A DNA stretch of 48,786 nt. Origin: Octopus bimaculoides (lineage: Eukaryota). A model generated the notes under the pieces. The model made no database searches and had not been told where the DNA came from. It saw only the letters and a program-made list of their open reading frames with translations. The number at the start of each line of letters is the position of its first letter. Positions within the stretch are counted from its first letter, which is position 1. Shown piece by piece: positions 38,465-48,786 of this stretch. Both the position numbers and the translations under genes were made by a program. The stretch lies in contig NC_068982.1 in NCBI RefSeq assembly GCF_001194135.2, positions 139,270,859 through 139,319,644 on the forward strand, written 5' to 3'.

Positions 38465-39080
38465 TAAGACAATTTTTACATTGGAATATATGTAAACACT
38501 ACAAAATCAGCGCTCTGCATGCTGGTATGAAAATTTTCATACTAGTCGTTGAAGGTAAAAATGTCATTATCAATCAGGTTTTTCCAGTCAACACCGACAG
38601 AACGATCCAGGCGACTCGATCTGACATAGTCATTAAAGACAGGGAAGAGAATACTTGTACGCTAATAGATGTAAACTTTCCCACTGATAAAAATGTAATT
38701 GTAAAGGAATTTGACAAATTAAGTAAAGATAAGGACCGGGAAATTGAAATACAAAAGATGTGGCATCTCAAACCGAGAACTGTCCCTGTTATTGTGGGTG
38801 CCCTAGGTATGATAAAAAAGGGATGTCAGAAACAGCTAGATAACATCCCATGAGAATCATGTACTGATAAGTATTGACCTCATCCTTAGAAAAAAACCTT
38901 ATCAATTTAAATGCATGTTTTATTTCATGAAGATATTTCGCTACTGTCCCTGTCACTTCCCCTCCCGAAATTTTCAGTCATACTGTAACATCTATTATCC
39001 TTCACTCGCTCTAGGACGCTGGCTGGGTGTGACTCCGTGAGTGAGTGTAACAAACATGCAGATTAAAAATAAATGATAAT
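38463..39080 (+). mobile_element. R4/Dong-like RLE retrotransposon 3' end (copy 2)
   Basis: ORF 38377..38853: HWNICKHYKI..PVNTDRTIQATRSDIVIKDREENTCTLIDVNFPTDKNVIVKEFDKLSKDKDREIEIQKMWHLKPRTVPVIVGALGMIKK. This is a PD-(D/E)xK-type RLE with the RPD motif altered to RSD. Confidence 0.9.
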
Positions 39081-40505
39081 AAATATAATTTGAAAACCCT
39101 AATCTTATTTTGCTGGGTATGATGCAAAGTGTCAGCTGTCCACAGTCAACTTAGTCTGCCAGTTGTGGACAGCTAACATTTTCCATCCATCATACACAGC
39201 AAATCAAGTTGAGAGTTTATCAAATAATAATATTTCCAACTGTAAATTCCAGCTATATATATATATATATATATATNNNNNNNNNNNNNNNNNNNNNNNN
39301 NNNNNNNNNNNNNNNNNNNNNNNNNNNNNNNNNNNNNNNNNNNNNNNNNNNNNNNNNNNNNNNNNNNNNNNNNNNNNNNNNNNNNNNNNNNNNNNNNNNN
39401 NNNNNNNNNNNNNNNNNNNNNNNNNNNNNNNNNNNNNNNNNNNNNNNNNNNNNNNNNNNNNNNNNNNNNNNNNNNNNNNNNNNNNNNNNNNNNNNNNNNN
39501 NNNNNNNNNNNNNNNNNNNNNNNNNNNNNNNNNNNNNNNNNNNNNNNNNNNNNNNNNNNNNNNNNNNNNNNNNNNNNNNNNNNNNNNNNNNNNNNNNNNN
39601 NNNNNNNNNNNNNNNNNNNNNNNNNNNNNNNNNNNNNNNNNNNNNNNNNNNNNNNNNNNNNNNNNNNNNNNNNNNNNNNNNNNNNNNNNNNNNNNNNNNN
39701 NNNNNNNNNNNNNNNNNNNNNNNNNNNNNNNNNNNNNNNNNNNNNNNNNNNNNNNNNNNNNNNNNNNNNNNNNNNNNNNNNNNNNNNNNNNNNNNNNNNN
39801 NNNNNNNNNNNNNNNNNNNNNNNNNNNNNNNNNNNNNNNNNNNNNNNNNNNNNNNNNNNNNNNNNNNNNNNNNNNNNNNNNNNNNNAATTAGATATTCGA
39901 ATATGAACCATGCTCTCTATTTGACTCGTATCTCGAATGTTGTCTGGTCATTCTGCTGATGATAGTCCGACCTTTTGTGAGATATATAATTTTTATCTTA
40001 CTAAAATTGACTTGAAACCATGGTACAGAATATAGATCGGTAAATGTTTTTATTTTTCATTCCCTTTCGAAATTATCCCTACTTTTTGTGGTATGTAGTC
40101 TTGCTGCTATTTCTAGCGGGTTAGATGTCCTATTACAGGCATCTCTGTATATATATATATATATGTATATACGTATCTATACATTTGCACACACATATGT
40201 ATGTATATGCATGTCTGTGAGGGTGAATGTGAAAATTTGAGAGAGGAAAATAAAAAGATAGCAGGAAGAGAATTTGTGAGAGATTTAGTGAGATTACCCC
40301 TGTGAATTGGTAAAGCGAAAACAGAATGCCTCTATATATGTTTTACTGATGGCACTTAACATTCTGGTGCAATTAATTCTACATTTGCTTCTATCTTTAT
40401 TTGTCTTTATTATGTAACCTTTTTATGCAGCCACTAATTTATTTTCCGTGCAGAAATGTATGATTTACTGTCTTTTCCTTCTCAACTTCTCTTAAAACTA
40501 TTCGT

Positions 40506-40524
40506 TCTCTCTCTCTCTCTCTCC

Positions 40525-40555
<31 letters not shown>

Positions 40556-40627
40556 TCTCTCTCCCTCTCTTTCTCTCTCTCTCTCTCTGTCTCTCCTTCT
40601 CTCTCTCTCTTTCTTTCTCTCTGTCTG

Positions 40628-40706
<79 letters not shown>
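40506..40706. repeat. (CT)n-rich microsatellite
   Basis: Directly visible. Confidence 0.95.
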
Positions 40707-41643
40707 ACTTTCAGCAATATGTTTTCATTTCTGTCTGTGTTTTTCGTAACCGTTTTCCGATGTTATTGATATTCAAAGAGAGTATTTTGAGCAACCATAT
40801 TTCTTTCTACGGAACGGTTATTTTTTTCTTCTCTCTTTTCCATACCTGCCTAGATCCATATACCAAAGTTATAGACAAACTTGCTATATTTAATTTATTT
40901 TTTTCCCTACTATTTGCTATGGTGAATTTACTCAGGCACAAAACTACACAATAATAGGAAATGGAATTGAGGTAAGCTTAGTAAAGTAAATGATGTGAAA
41001 TTGTTTCAATCATCGGCGTCGTAATGAGCTTTCTCAATCCGAGATGTTGTCCAGCCCGCTCCATTTACATGCATTTCTTCTTCTCCTATCACGGGATCTC
41101 AGCTGGTGAAAACCCAGATTTCTTTAAAACATTTCATAACATTCATCCGTGATTTAATTTTTGTTTTATTTTTACAGATGGTAGTCAGTTTTCTCTTTCT
41201 CTTTTGACGCTTGTCATTTGTGTCATGCAGAAAAAAGCTCCGCAGTCAAGACCACAGATATGGTGCCATTGCCCTCTATCATTCCCAATAGTTGCAAACT
41301 CCTTTGTTTGTCTGTTGCAGAGTGCGATGTGTCGATATGTGCAGTAGTAGGGTAAATAAGGTGAGAATATTTAAGTAGAATAATTTCATCGATTCGGAAT
41401 ACACACACCATAGATTTTGTTCTGCAATATTGAAGATCATTTGCTAAAGGAAACTTGCCTGTAGATGCAAGTGTTTGTCTCTACAATCTTACATAACAGG
41501 GATCAAGTTTCCAGCGCTAAAATATTGTCTTCGGGGATATCCAGATAAATTTTGTGATAAAATATACACAAAACCTTTATTCAACCATAAAACTCATAGC
41601 AATATAATAATTTACACAACTTCTACCTTTGAAACGATAGTTT

Positions 41644-41706
41644 GTTTAAACAACTAGACTGTTTCTATAATATATGATACTATGGAAACAGTCAAGCTGT
41701 TTAAAC
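41644..41706. other. 63-nt imperfect palindrome (hairpin)
   Basis: gtttaaacaactagactgtttctataatat pairs with gatactatggaaacagtcaagctgtttaaac, with about 4 non-Watson-Crick positions in 29. Confidence 0.7.
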
Positions 41707-43099
41707 TCCAAAGTTATTTCATATTTCGTTTATAGCTTTCCATATTTTACATTTTTTTCTCCACTCTTCTATCCTGCCTTGTTTTTATGTATTTATTCAA
41801 TTATGATAAGGATTTTTAATATCATTTTTCAATAGTATCGCTGTTTTTTTTTTTCGTAATGATATTTCTTTTTTCGCTTTCTCATAATATCCTTCTATTA
41901 CGTAATATCAATATTTTTCCCCCTTATATTAAATGTCCTCCAGTTGGCAGTGCAGTTTGTCATACAGTTCTGCATACCAATTTATGACTAATGTCATAGA
42001 TTCACTTCTATATATTTTCCTATTTTACATGATATTTGGATAATTAAAAACGCATTCAGCATGGGAGGAAAAATATTATTTGTATTTTGTATTCTTCCCT
42101 ACATTATTCGATATGAAAACAATTTCCTTATTTCAATTATCTTTTGCGTTTTTACAGGCTTTTACTCGTAGGTCATTTGCCACGCTCTGCATCGCGCAGA
42201 AAGTTTTTAAGCGACCACACCACGTAACTATTTCAGTATGGTACTTATTTTGTCTATCTCTTAGCACACACACACACACACACTCCTGTATATATAGATG
42301 TACATGTATGCATATATGATACAGCATAGTGCATACATACATATATGTATATATGTGTGTATGCGTGTATGTGCGTGCGTGCGCACACGTGTATTGATTG
42401 TCTGTTATCAATTGATCGAAATATTCAAGCAACTTAGCACCTGGTTTGCTTGCGCAGGATATCGGATTAATATTTAGTATGATAGAAATAGAAGTAATAC
42501 CGTAAGTTAATGACTAAGAAATATGAACAGGATTTTGGTAACGATAATTCTTTACGATTAATTGCAGATGCTGAATTTCGCCGAGTCGTGCAGAACACTA
42601 AACGTGACCTTTTTTTTTAACCTTTTCGTTCTTCTAACAACTGTGGCTAAGTGAAACGTATCGTCTCAGTAGCGTTTGTACTAGAATGTGTAATGTATTA
42701 CAAGAATGTAACATGGTTGCTGAGACAACTGCAGCTGTTTCGGAAAAAAAAATTGCTTGTTTTCTATTTTTATTCATCCAATCATGTGACACGATTTTAT
42801 CGGGTAACATTTCCCTACCCTTACATCATTTATCGTGTAGCACACACCTATTAATCCATTCGTTTAAAACTTTATCGACATGGCCAGCTGACATCTCCAT
42901 ACATTGGCTCTTTTTATGGGGTTAAATGTTTCACCATGGGACGCCTGTTTTTAGTGCAATTTTATTCATTTAAATCGTGAACAACAGGAAGTGAAGTTTA
43001 CCATTTTACATTTCATTTTGGAATTGCAGCATTTTTCGTTCATTAATAAAACCATTATCAGAGCACAATATCATTATTCTTTCCTACGTCATAGCATTA

Positions 43100-44385
43100 T
43101 TTGGCAACGAGGCTGATATAGAACGTACTGCAGATCTTATTAGCTTGTTGCGCATGCAACAAAAGACCTTGGAAATGCAAGAACAACGTGACACGCAACA
43201 TTTGGATATTTTAACAGCGTTAGCATCTATGTTTGTGCAATCAAATCCAACTACATCAACTAAGAATCAGAGCAGCATCACTTCAAAAGTTTCCGACAAG
43301 CAAAATGAAATAACTTTTGCAACCTCGTATAATTGTTATCAACTTCTTCATCGGAAATGTTACATCGGAACTATATGATTCAAGTAAGGTGAGGTAAGTC
43401 TACTATTGCGAAAGTTAGACATTATTGAATATAACAAGTAGTTTGACTTAATATTAACCATGGTGAATCATCTTCATTGTTTAATATCAGATATAAATGT
43501 TTGAAATTAGAAAAAAAGTCGAGAAGAAAATTTTATTGCATATGCTGGGCATATAAATAAAGAAGGCGAAAATTTAATTAAAAGACAGACAATTACTGAC
43601 GACCATTTAAGAATTTGGCCTGATATCACCAAGCTATGACGATATAAGAACTCATGTCTTGGCGAAATTGAACTCATCAGACGATATTAATTTACGACAA
43701 GTAACCAGTGAATACCAACAACTAGTGAATATCAATCATGATTAGGCGTCGAGGAGCTGACAGAATCATTAACACACCGGGCAAAATGCAAAGCGGAATT
43801 CCGTCTGTCTTTAAGTCCAGGTTCTGCTCAGATCGATTTTGTGTTTTATACTCTCGGGGTCGATAGCATAAGTACCAGCTGAGGACTGGGGTTGATGTAA
43901 TCGACTTATCTAATCACCCGAAATTACTGGCATTGTGCCAAAATTTTAACCAATATTCAGCACGAAACTCAAATGATACAAAATTCCATAGGACATGAAA
44001 TGGTTTCAACCACAAATGCAGTTACCGCAAAGAAACAAAGCTGGTGTTCGCCGAATTCTCAACGTTGCCCACCAATGGCATGATAGAACTGTGCTGAGTT
44101 CTTACAAGAACAAAAACTATCCCATATGTCACAAAATTATGGACATAAAAATGGTTATGACTACCGTGATGGTCATACAAGTAACACAGTAAAAATTACT
44201 GAATTCGATTCAACTTCTTATTCTACGCCGCACTTGAAGGGAAACCACTTCAAAACGGAAGTATATTACTGTACAGATAGATATGGATATGGTATACGTT
44301 TACAACGTCACACGGAATGTGATATTACCATAGTTTCTGAAGAAACATGGCATAAAATCAGCAAACTAGCCTTTATCAAGTAAAC
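43100..44385 (+). mobile_element. Ty3/Gypsy relic, gag-like to protease region, interrupted by a SINE
   Basis: Gag-like LLRMQQKTLEMQEQ at 43145; degenerate Cys/His knuckle-like YPICHK..GHKNG near 44120; protease-like IRLQRHTECDITIVSEETWHKISK, compare xLDTGSDITI. Confidence 0.55.
43744..43952 (+). mobile_element. tRNA-derived SINE family A
   Basis: gagctgacagaatcattaacacaccgggcaaaatgc..ggggtcgatagcataagtaccagctgaggactgggg. Confidence 0.85.
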
Positions 44386-44840
44386 ATGTGCCAATGCTTC
44401 CTTTTCTATTTGTGAATATTCCTTTTCAGCATTTGTTAGACTTCGAGAAGCATGCATAACTTGCTTTAATAACTCATTAACCATTTTATCTAAGAGTGCC
44501 GCTCCTATTCCATAATGTGACGCATCTGCACAAACAATAAGCTATTTACTTGGATAAAAATGGGTCAATATGAGATCGGAAGATAATATTTCTTGGAATT
44601 TCTCGAATGAATTTTGATATTGCGGAGACCAGTCCCATTCTTCGTTGCTAACAAATAATGAGCATATTGGATAAGTTATTAAATGTCGTAGGTATAGTTG
44701 ACTAGAAAAACTCTGCTGTAACAATCTACAGCCATTGTCTCAAAGAATAATTGTTTAAAAGAGCTTAAGAGACATTCTAGGCTGTCTGCGCATGATTTCA
44801 AAGGAGTCAATCAGTCTTGTGCTTACATAATTACCGATAT
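44385..44840 (-). mobile_element. Ty3/Gypsy RT-connection/RNase H relic
   Basis: EEWDWSPQYQNSFEKFQEILSSDLILTHFYPSK*LIVCADASHYGIGAALL..HASRSLTNAEKEYSQIEKEALA. The DAS..GIGA and NYSQIEKEALA motifs are those of Gypsy RNase H. Confidence 0.9.
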
Positions 44841-44850
44841 TGGAGTCCAA

Positions 44851-45052
44851 AATAATCCTTTCTACTATAGGAACAAGGCCTGAAATTTTAGAGGAGTAGA
44901 ACAGTCGATTACATCAAACTCAGTGTTTCACTCGTACTTAATTTATCGAAAACTCGAAAGGCAAAGTCGACCTCAGGGGAATTTGAACTCAGAACGTAAA
45001 AACGCTAAGCATTTTGTTCGATGTGCTAACGATTCTCCCAGCTCGCCGCCTT
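44851..45052 (-). mobile_element. tRNA-derived SINE family A
   Basis: Head aaggcggcgagctgggagaatcgttagcac on the minus strand; body matches. Confidence 0.9.
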
Positions 45053-45396
45053 ACTTGAGTTCATAATAATGCTACTTTATTTTCACGCCTATCAACAAAC
45101 GAAAAATTTAATATGTGAACAGATAGGAGGTTGGGGGATCGCTAGAATTGTTATTCGCTTTGACGGTTAATATTGAGTGATCAAATCTCACCTATGTGGA
45201 ATTTACCTTTCTTGCTGGGTCATTAACAATGTTTGAGGCTTTGGGGCCGGATTCCAGTCTGAAAATTAAGTGCTGACTTTTTCCCACCATTCACGGTCTT
45301 GTTGAAATAATCACAGGTATTGCTTTTTCTTCTCTGGATATGCATTAAGTTGTGTGTGTGCGTGTGTGTGTGTGTGTGTGAAAGAAAGAGTGTGTA

Positions 45397-45437
<41 letters not shown>

Positions 45438-46409
45438 ACATATATATTCACATCGGCCGTACCAATATACAAGACACCACTTCAAATTAACGTTGTGGTG
45501 TTCACAATTTTAAAACAATATGAATTACATTTTATAGAAGAGAAACTCTAACAGTGAAGTGTGAGGTGTTAGAAACTTTAATTTACTCAACACAGCTCTC
45601 ACTAAGCTCCGTTATTTCCGTTTCTCCCACAAACGTTTGAACAGCATAAATGTTATTAACGAAGGCGGTGTTTTAAATTCCAGAGTAGAAACTGTAGCAA
45701 ATTGATGTCGGAAATATCAGCGTTTATTACAAATCAAACTATATATTCGTCTATAGAGTCTAGTTCTTAACCTTAACTTATAATCCCAGTGTTTCTTATT
45801 AGGAGGTTAATTCTCGTGCGGAGTGGGTTGTGAAGTATATGAAAGGAGAAGGAAACTTCTCATGTTTAATAAAATTAAACATCATGGCGACGATAGGAGA
45901 ATTATGTGAAATAACAGTACTCTTGAGAATTCCTCAGTTATTTTGAAAGTTGTAAGATAGCTGGGAGATTACAGAGATCCATGAAGTATATAATTGCTTT
46001 TGAAATTATAATTTGTGTCAACATTTGATGCTTTAGATGGTGTAAAATTCCATACACGTATAAATTGAATACGTTCCATCAGGTGATCACATCTTTGCAT
46101 ACTAGAGTCCTTGATATTTGCTTGTCGCTTCTTCTGATTCGAGAGATTTTATCTCTTACTTTTCCCTTTACGTTAAAATTTTACTAATTTTAGATATACA
46201 AGGAACCGAAGGCATCTGCAATATTATTCTGTCACAGTACAACGATGTTGGTTAATCTTTAACAAATCTCATCTTGCTATACAGCAGACATACTTTCATA
46301 TTGGAAAAATGTTCATATGGCTAGACTTAAATATGCAGACCTAGAGAACGAAATAGTTCAACTGCCTCCATGAGTCATGGATTCTGAAAACATAGGCATA
46401 TGTTACGAA

Positions 46410-46530
46410 CAGAGGTGATATTGTCTAAGAGCTCTTCTTAAGCATGTAGTTCTAGGTTCGCTGCCACTGCATAGCATCTTGGGTAAAAACAATTCTACTA
46501 TAGCCGAACATTGATAAATGCTATGATAGA
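46410..46530 (+). mobile_element. Diverged fragment of SINE family C
   Basis: catgtagttctaggttcgctgccactgcatagcatcttgggtaaa..ttctactatagcc aligns with 15670-15740. Confidence 0.55.
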
Positions 46531-46620
46531 CACACACACACAAACACACGCACACACACACACGCGCACACACACACACGCGCACACACACACAGAGGCA
46601 CACACACAAATATAAATATC

Positions 46621-46690
46621 GTGGCACTTTGTCATTTACGATTACAAGGGCTCCAGTTGATTCGATCGACGGAACAGCGTGCTAACATGA
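46621..46690 (-). mobile_element. 3' fragment of SINE family B
   Basis: gtggcactttgtcatttacgattacaagggctccagttgattcgatcgacggaacagc matches 46741-46800. Confidence 0.7.
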
Positions 46691-46740
46691 TTATATTCAA
46701 TAGAGAAGTCATCCATATTCTTTCTCATAAATTATAACGT

Positions 46741-47082
46741 GTCACTCCGTTAGTTACGACAACGAGGGTTCCAGTGGATCCCATCAACGGAGCAGCCTGC
46801 TCGTGAAATTAACGTGCAAGCGGCTGGGCACTCCACAGACACGTATACCCTTACTGTAGTTCTCAGGGTTATTCAGCGTGACACAGAGTGACAACGTTGG
46901 CCCTTTTGAATACAGGTACAACAGAAACAGGAAGTAACAGTGGTGAAAGAGTAGAGCAGAGTTAACTACACCCCGCTGTGGAGCTTTAGGTGTTTTCGTT
47001 CAATAAACAGTCGCAGCGCCGGGTCTGCAAATCGAAACCGTGATCCTACGACTGCGAGTCCGCTACTCTAATCACTAGGCCA
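46741..47082 (-). mobile_element. tRNA-derived SINE family B
   Basis: Head ggcctagtgattagagtagcggactcgcagtcgtaggatcacggtttcgatt; homologous to 7358-7721. Confidence 0.85.
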
Positions 47083-47416
47083 CAAATATAAATATATATA
47101 TATACATATATACATAAATTCATACTCACACACATACATATATACATACGCACACACATATATATATGTACATACGCACACATACATATATACATACATA
47201 CATGTTCATGCACACACACACACACTGATCAACACACATGCGCACATACAAACAAAAAGAACGCAGATCGGATAACGGACAGTGTCCACGACTATGGAAC
47301 AGGTTGCAAGACACAACGGAAATTTTAGAAAAAAATTATTTTTTCTAAAACTTGAACGGTGAGCGTGTTAAATAATAAAGCACTGAAAGAGAATGACTCT
47401 TTCCAGACACAAGAAG

Positions 47417-47474
<58 letters not shown>

Positions 47475-47478
<4 letters not shown>

Positions 47479-48383
47479 AATATATGAGTATATGCATATA
47501 TATGTACATGTATGTACATACCTTCATCTACATGTACATATAGATACAAAACCGGGTACATGACGTGGCAAAAGAACATGGACAAAATGATAAACAATGT
47601 ACAACAAACAAGCAAGCCATATAGAAACATCTCTTTCATCAGCTGCCACCATTAAAACACCGGCTTTTCGAAAAATAAAGGCAGTACGCATCGTTGAAAT
47701 GGTTCTTCCCACGAACACAAATTAAATTATTTTCGTGGAGGGTAGTGGCGAACGGAAAACAAGACAGGAAAACGAAACAGTGAATAAAGAAACAAGCAAA
47801 AAGGCAGTACAGCCAGACGTGAAGTGTGTATGTATTGAACGCTGTGAAGCACGAACAGGAGGAGCAAAGAAGTACGTGCGAGCTTGGAGAGTCCAAGAAC
47901 GAAAAGAAATAGCAGCCGGACACACGTGACCAGCGTTGTGTAACGAGAAAGAGTAGGAGAGGGAAAAGAAGGGGAGGAAGTAGAATAAAAGTGAGCAACA
48001 AGAGGTAGAGAGGGAGAGAGATAGTAGTAGTAACGGTGAGAGGCGAATGACGAGCAATAAGAGATAGAGAGAGATAGTAGTGACAGGGTGAGGCGAAGAA
48101 CAGTAGAGGGAAGAATGAGAGGGGGAGATAGATGTAGAGATAGAGAGAGTCACGTTAGAAAAATAGTTAAAACCTACTGTATAAAGGTTAACGCGTGCGT
48201 TCTGTAGTGATACAAACAATATATGAGTATATGCATATATATGTACATGTATGTACATACCTTCATCTACATGTACATATAGACACAAAACTGGGTACAT
48301 GACGTGGTAAAAGAACATGGACACAATGATAAACAAGGTACAACAAACAAGCAAGCTACATAGAAACATCTCCTTCATCAGCT
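47475..48383. mobile_element. Non-coding element bounded by 170-bp direct repeats (pLTR/TRIM-like)
   Basis: 47475-47644 and 48214-48383 are both 170 bp with 8 mismatches by manual count. The interior is about 570 bp and purine-rich on +. Confidence 0.65.
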
Positions 48384-48751
48384 ATGTGTGTGTGTGTGTG
48401 TGTGTGTGTGAGTGTGTGTTTGACTTTTGCAATTGAATCCGACTTTTACACCTAAATCATAGATATCTTTCAATATTGGTAGATATTCGCATTCATATTT
48501 TAAATTCGATTTTCATGAAAGCCTTCGGCTCTTTTGCGAATTTGAATTTAAATTTTGCCGAGTTTAAATTTTTACTCATTTTTTACTCATTTTCATAATT
48601 AAATTTTACCTTTCAAATTTATATTTTTTTAAAAATGTGTATATTTACATTGCATTTAATTATATTATACTAATTTATTGTACAGTTTTCTTATGTTAAT
48701 ATGCAATACACCAGACAGTTTTTAATATATTTGTATGTGTATATACGTTAC

Positions 48752-48786
<35 letters not shown>

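Noticed and set aside
43660-43690. CTGATGA on the minus strand near 43676-43682
   Set aside because: No helix II followed by GAAA on the same strand; similar for ctgatga near 39956.
47630-47690. Permuted (type II) hammerhead: GAAA upstream of CTGATGA on the minus strand
   Set aside because: Helix I cannot form and the 10.1-11.1 pair is A-C.

Overview
AT-rich eukaryotic genomic DNA from a short-read assembly. Most N-gaps sit against (TA)n or (CA)n tracts. It is very dense in microsatellites and interspersed repeats. The tRNA-derived SINE families look like those I recall from Octopus, so a coleoid cephalopod source is likely (inference, not verified). I cannot identify any intact, recognisable protein-coding gene; the window reads as intronic or intergenic, with only weak candidate exons. 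Recognisable content: about 13 copies of one tRNA-headed SINE, two other tRNA-headed SINE families, mariner MITEs, a piggyBac-like MITE, an internally deleted Tc1/mariner (DUF4817-type) transposon, a Penelope-like GIY-YIG relic, CR1/L2-type LINE 3' ends, three restriction-like-endonuclease (R4/Dong-type) retrotransposon 3' ends, a rearranged Ty3/Gypsy relic and two Helentron/DINE-like repeats. The most interesting object is at 31632-32120. A Pol III tRNA-like head and a (TAA)n tract are joined to a Penelope-type pseudo-LTR, and an inverted copy of that pLTR upstream carries a complete minimal type I hammerhead ribozyme. This suggests a SINE-like non-autonomous element mobilised by Penelope machinery.
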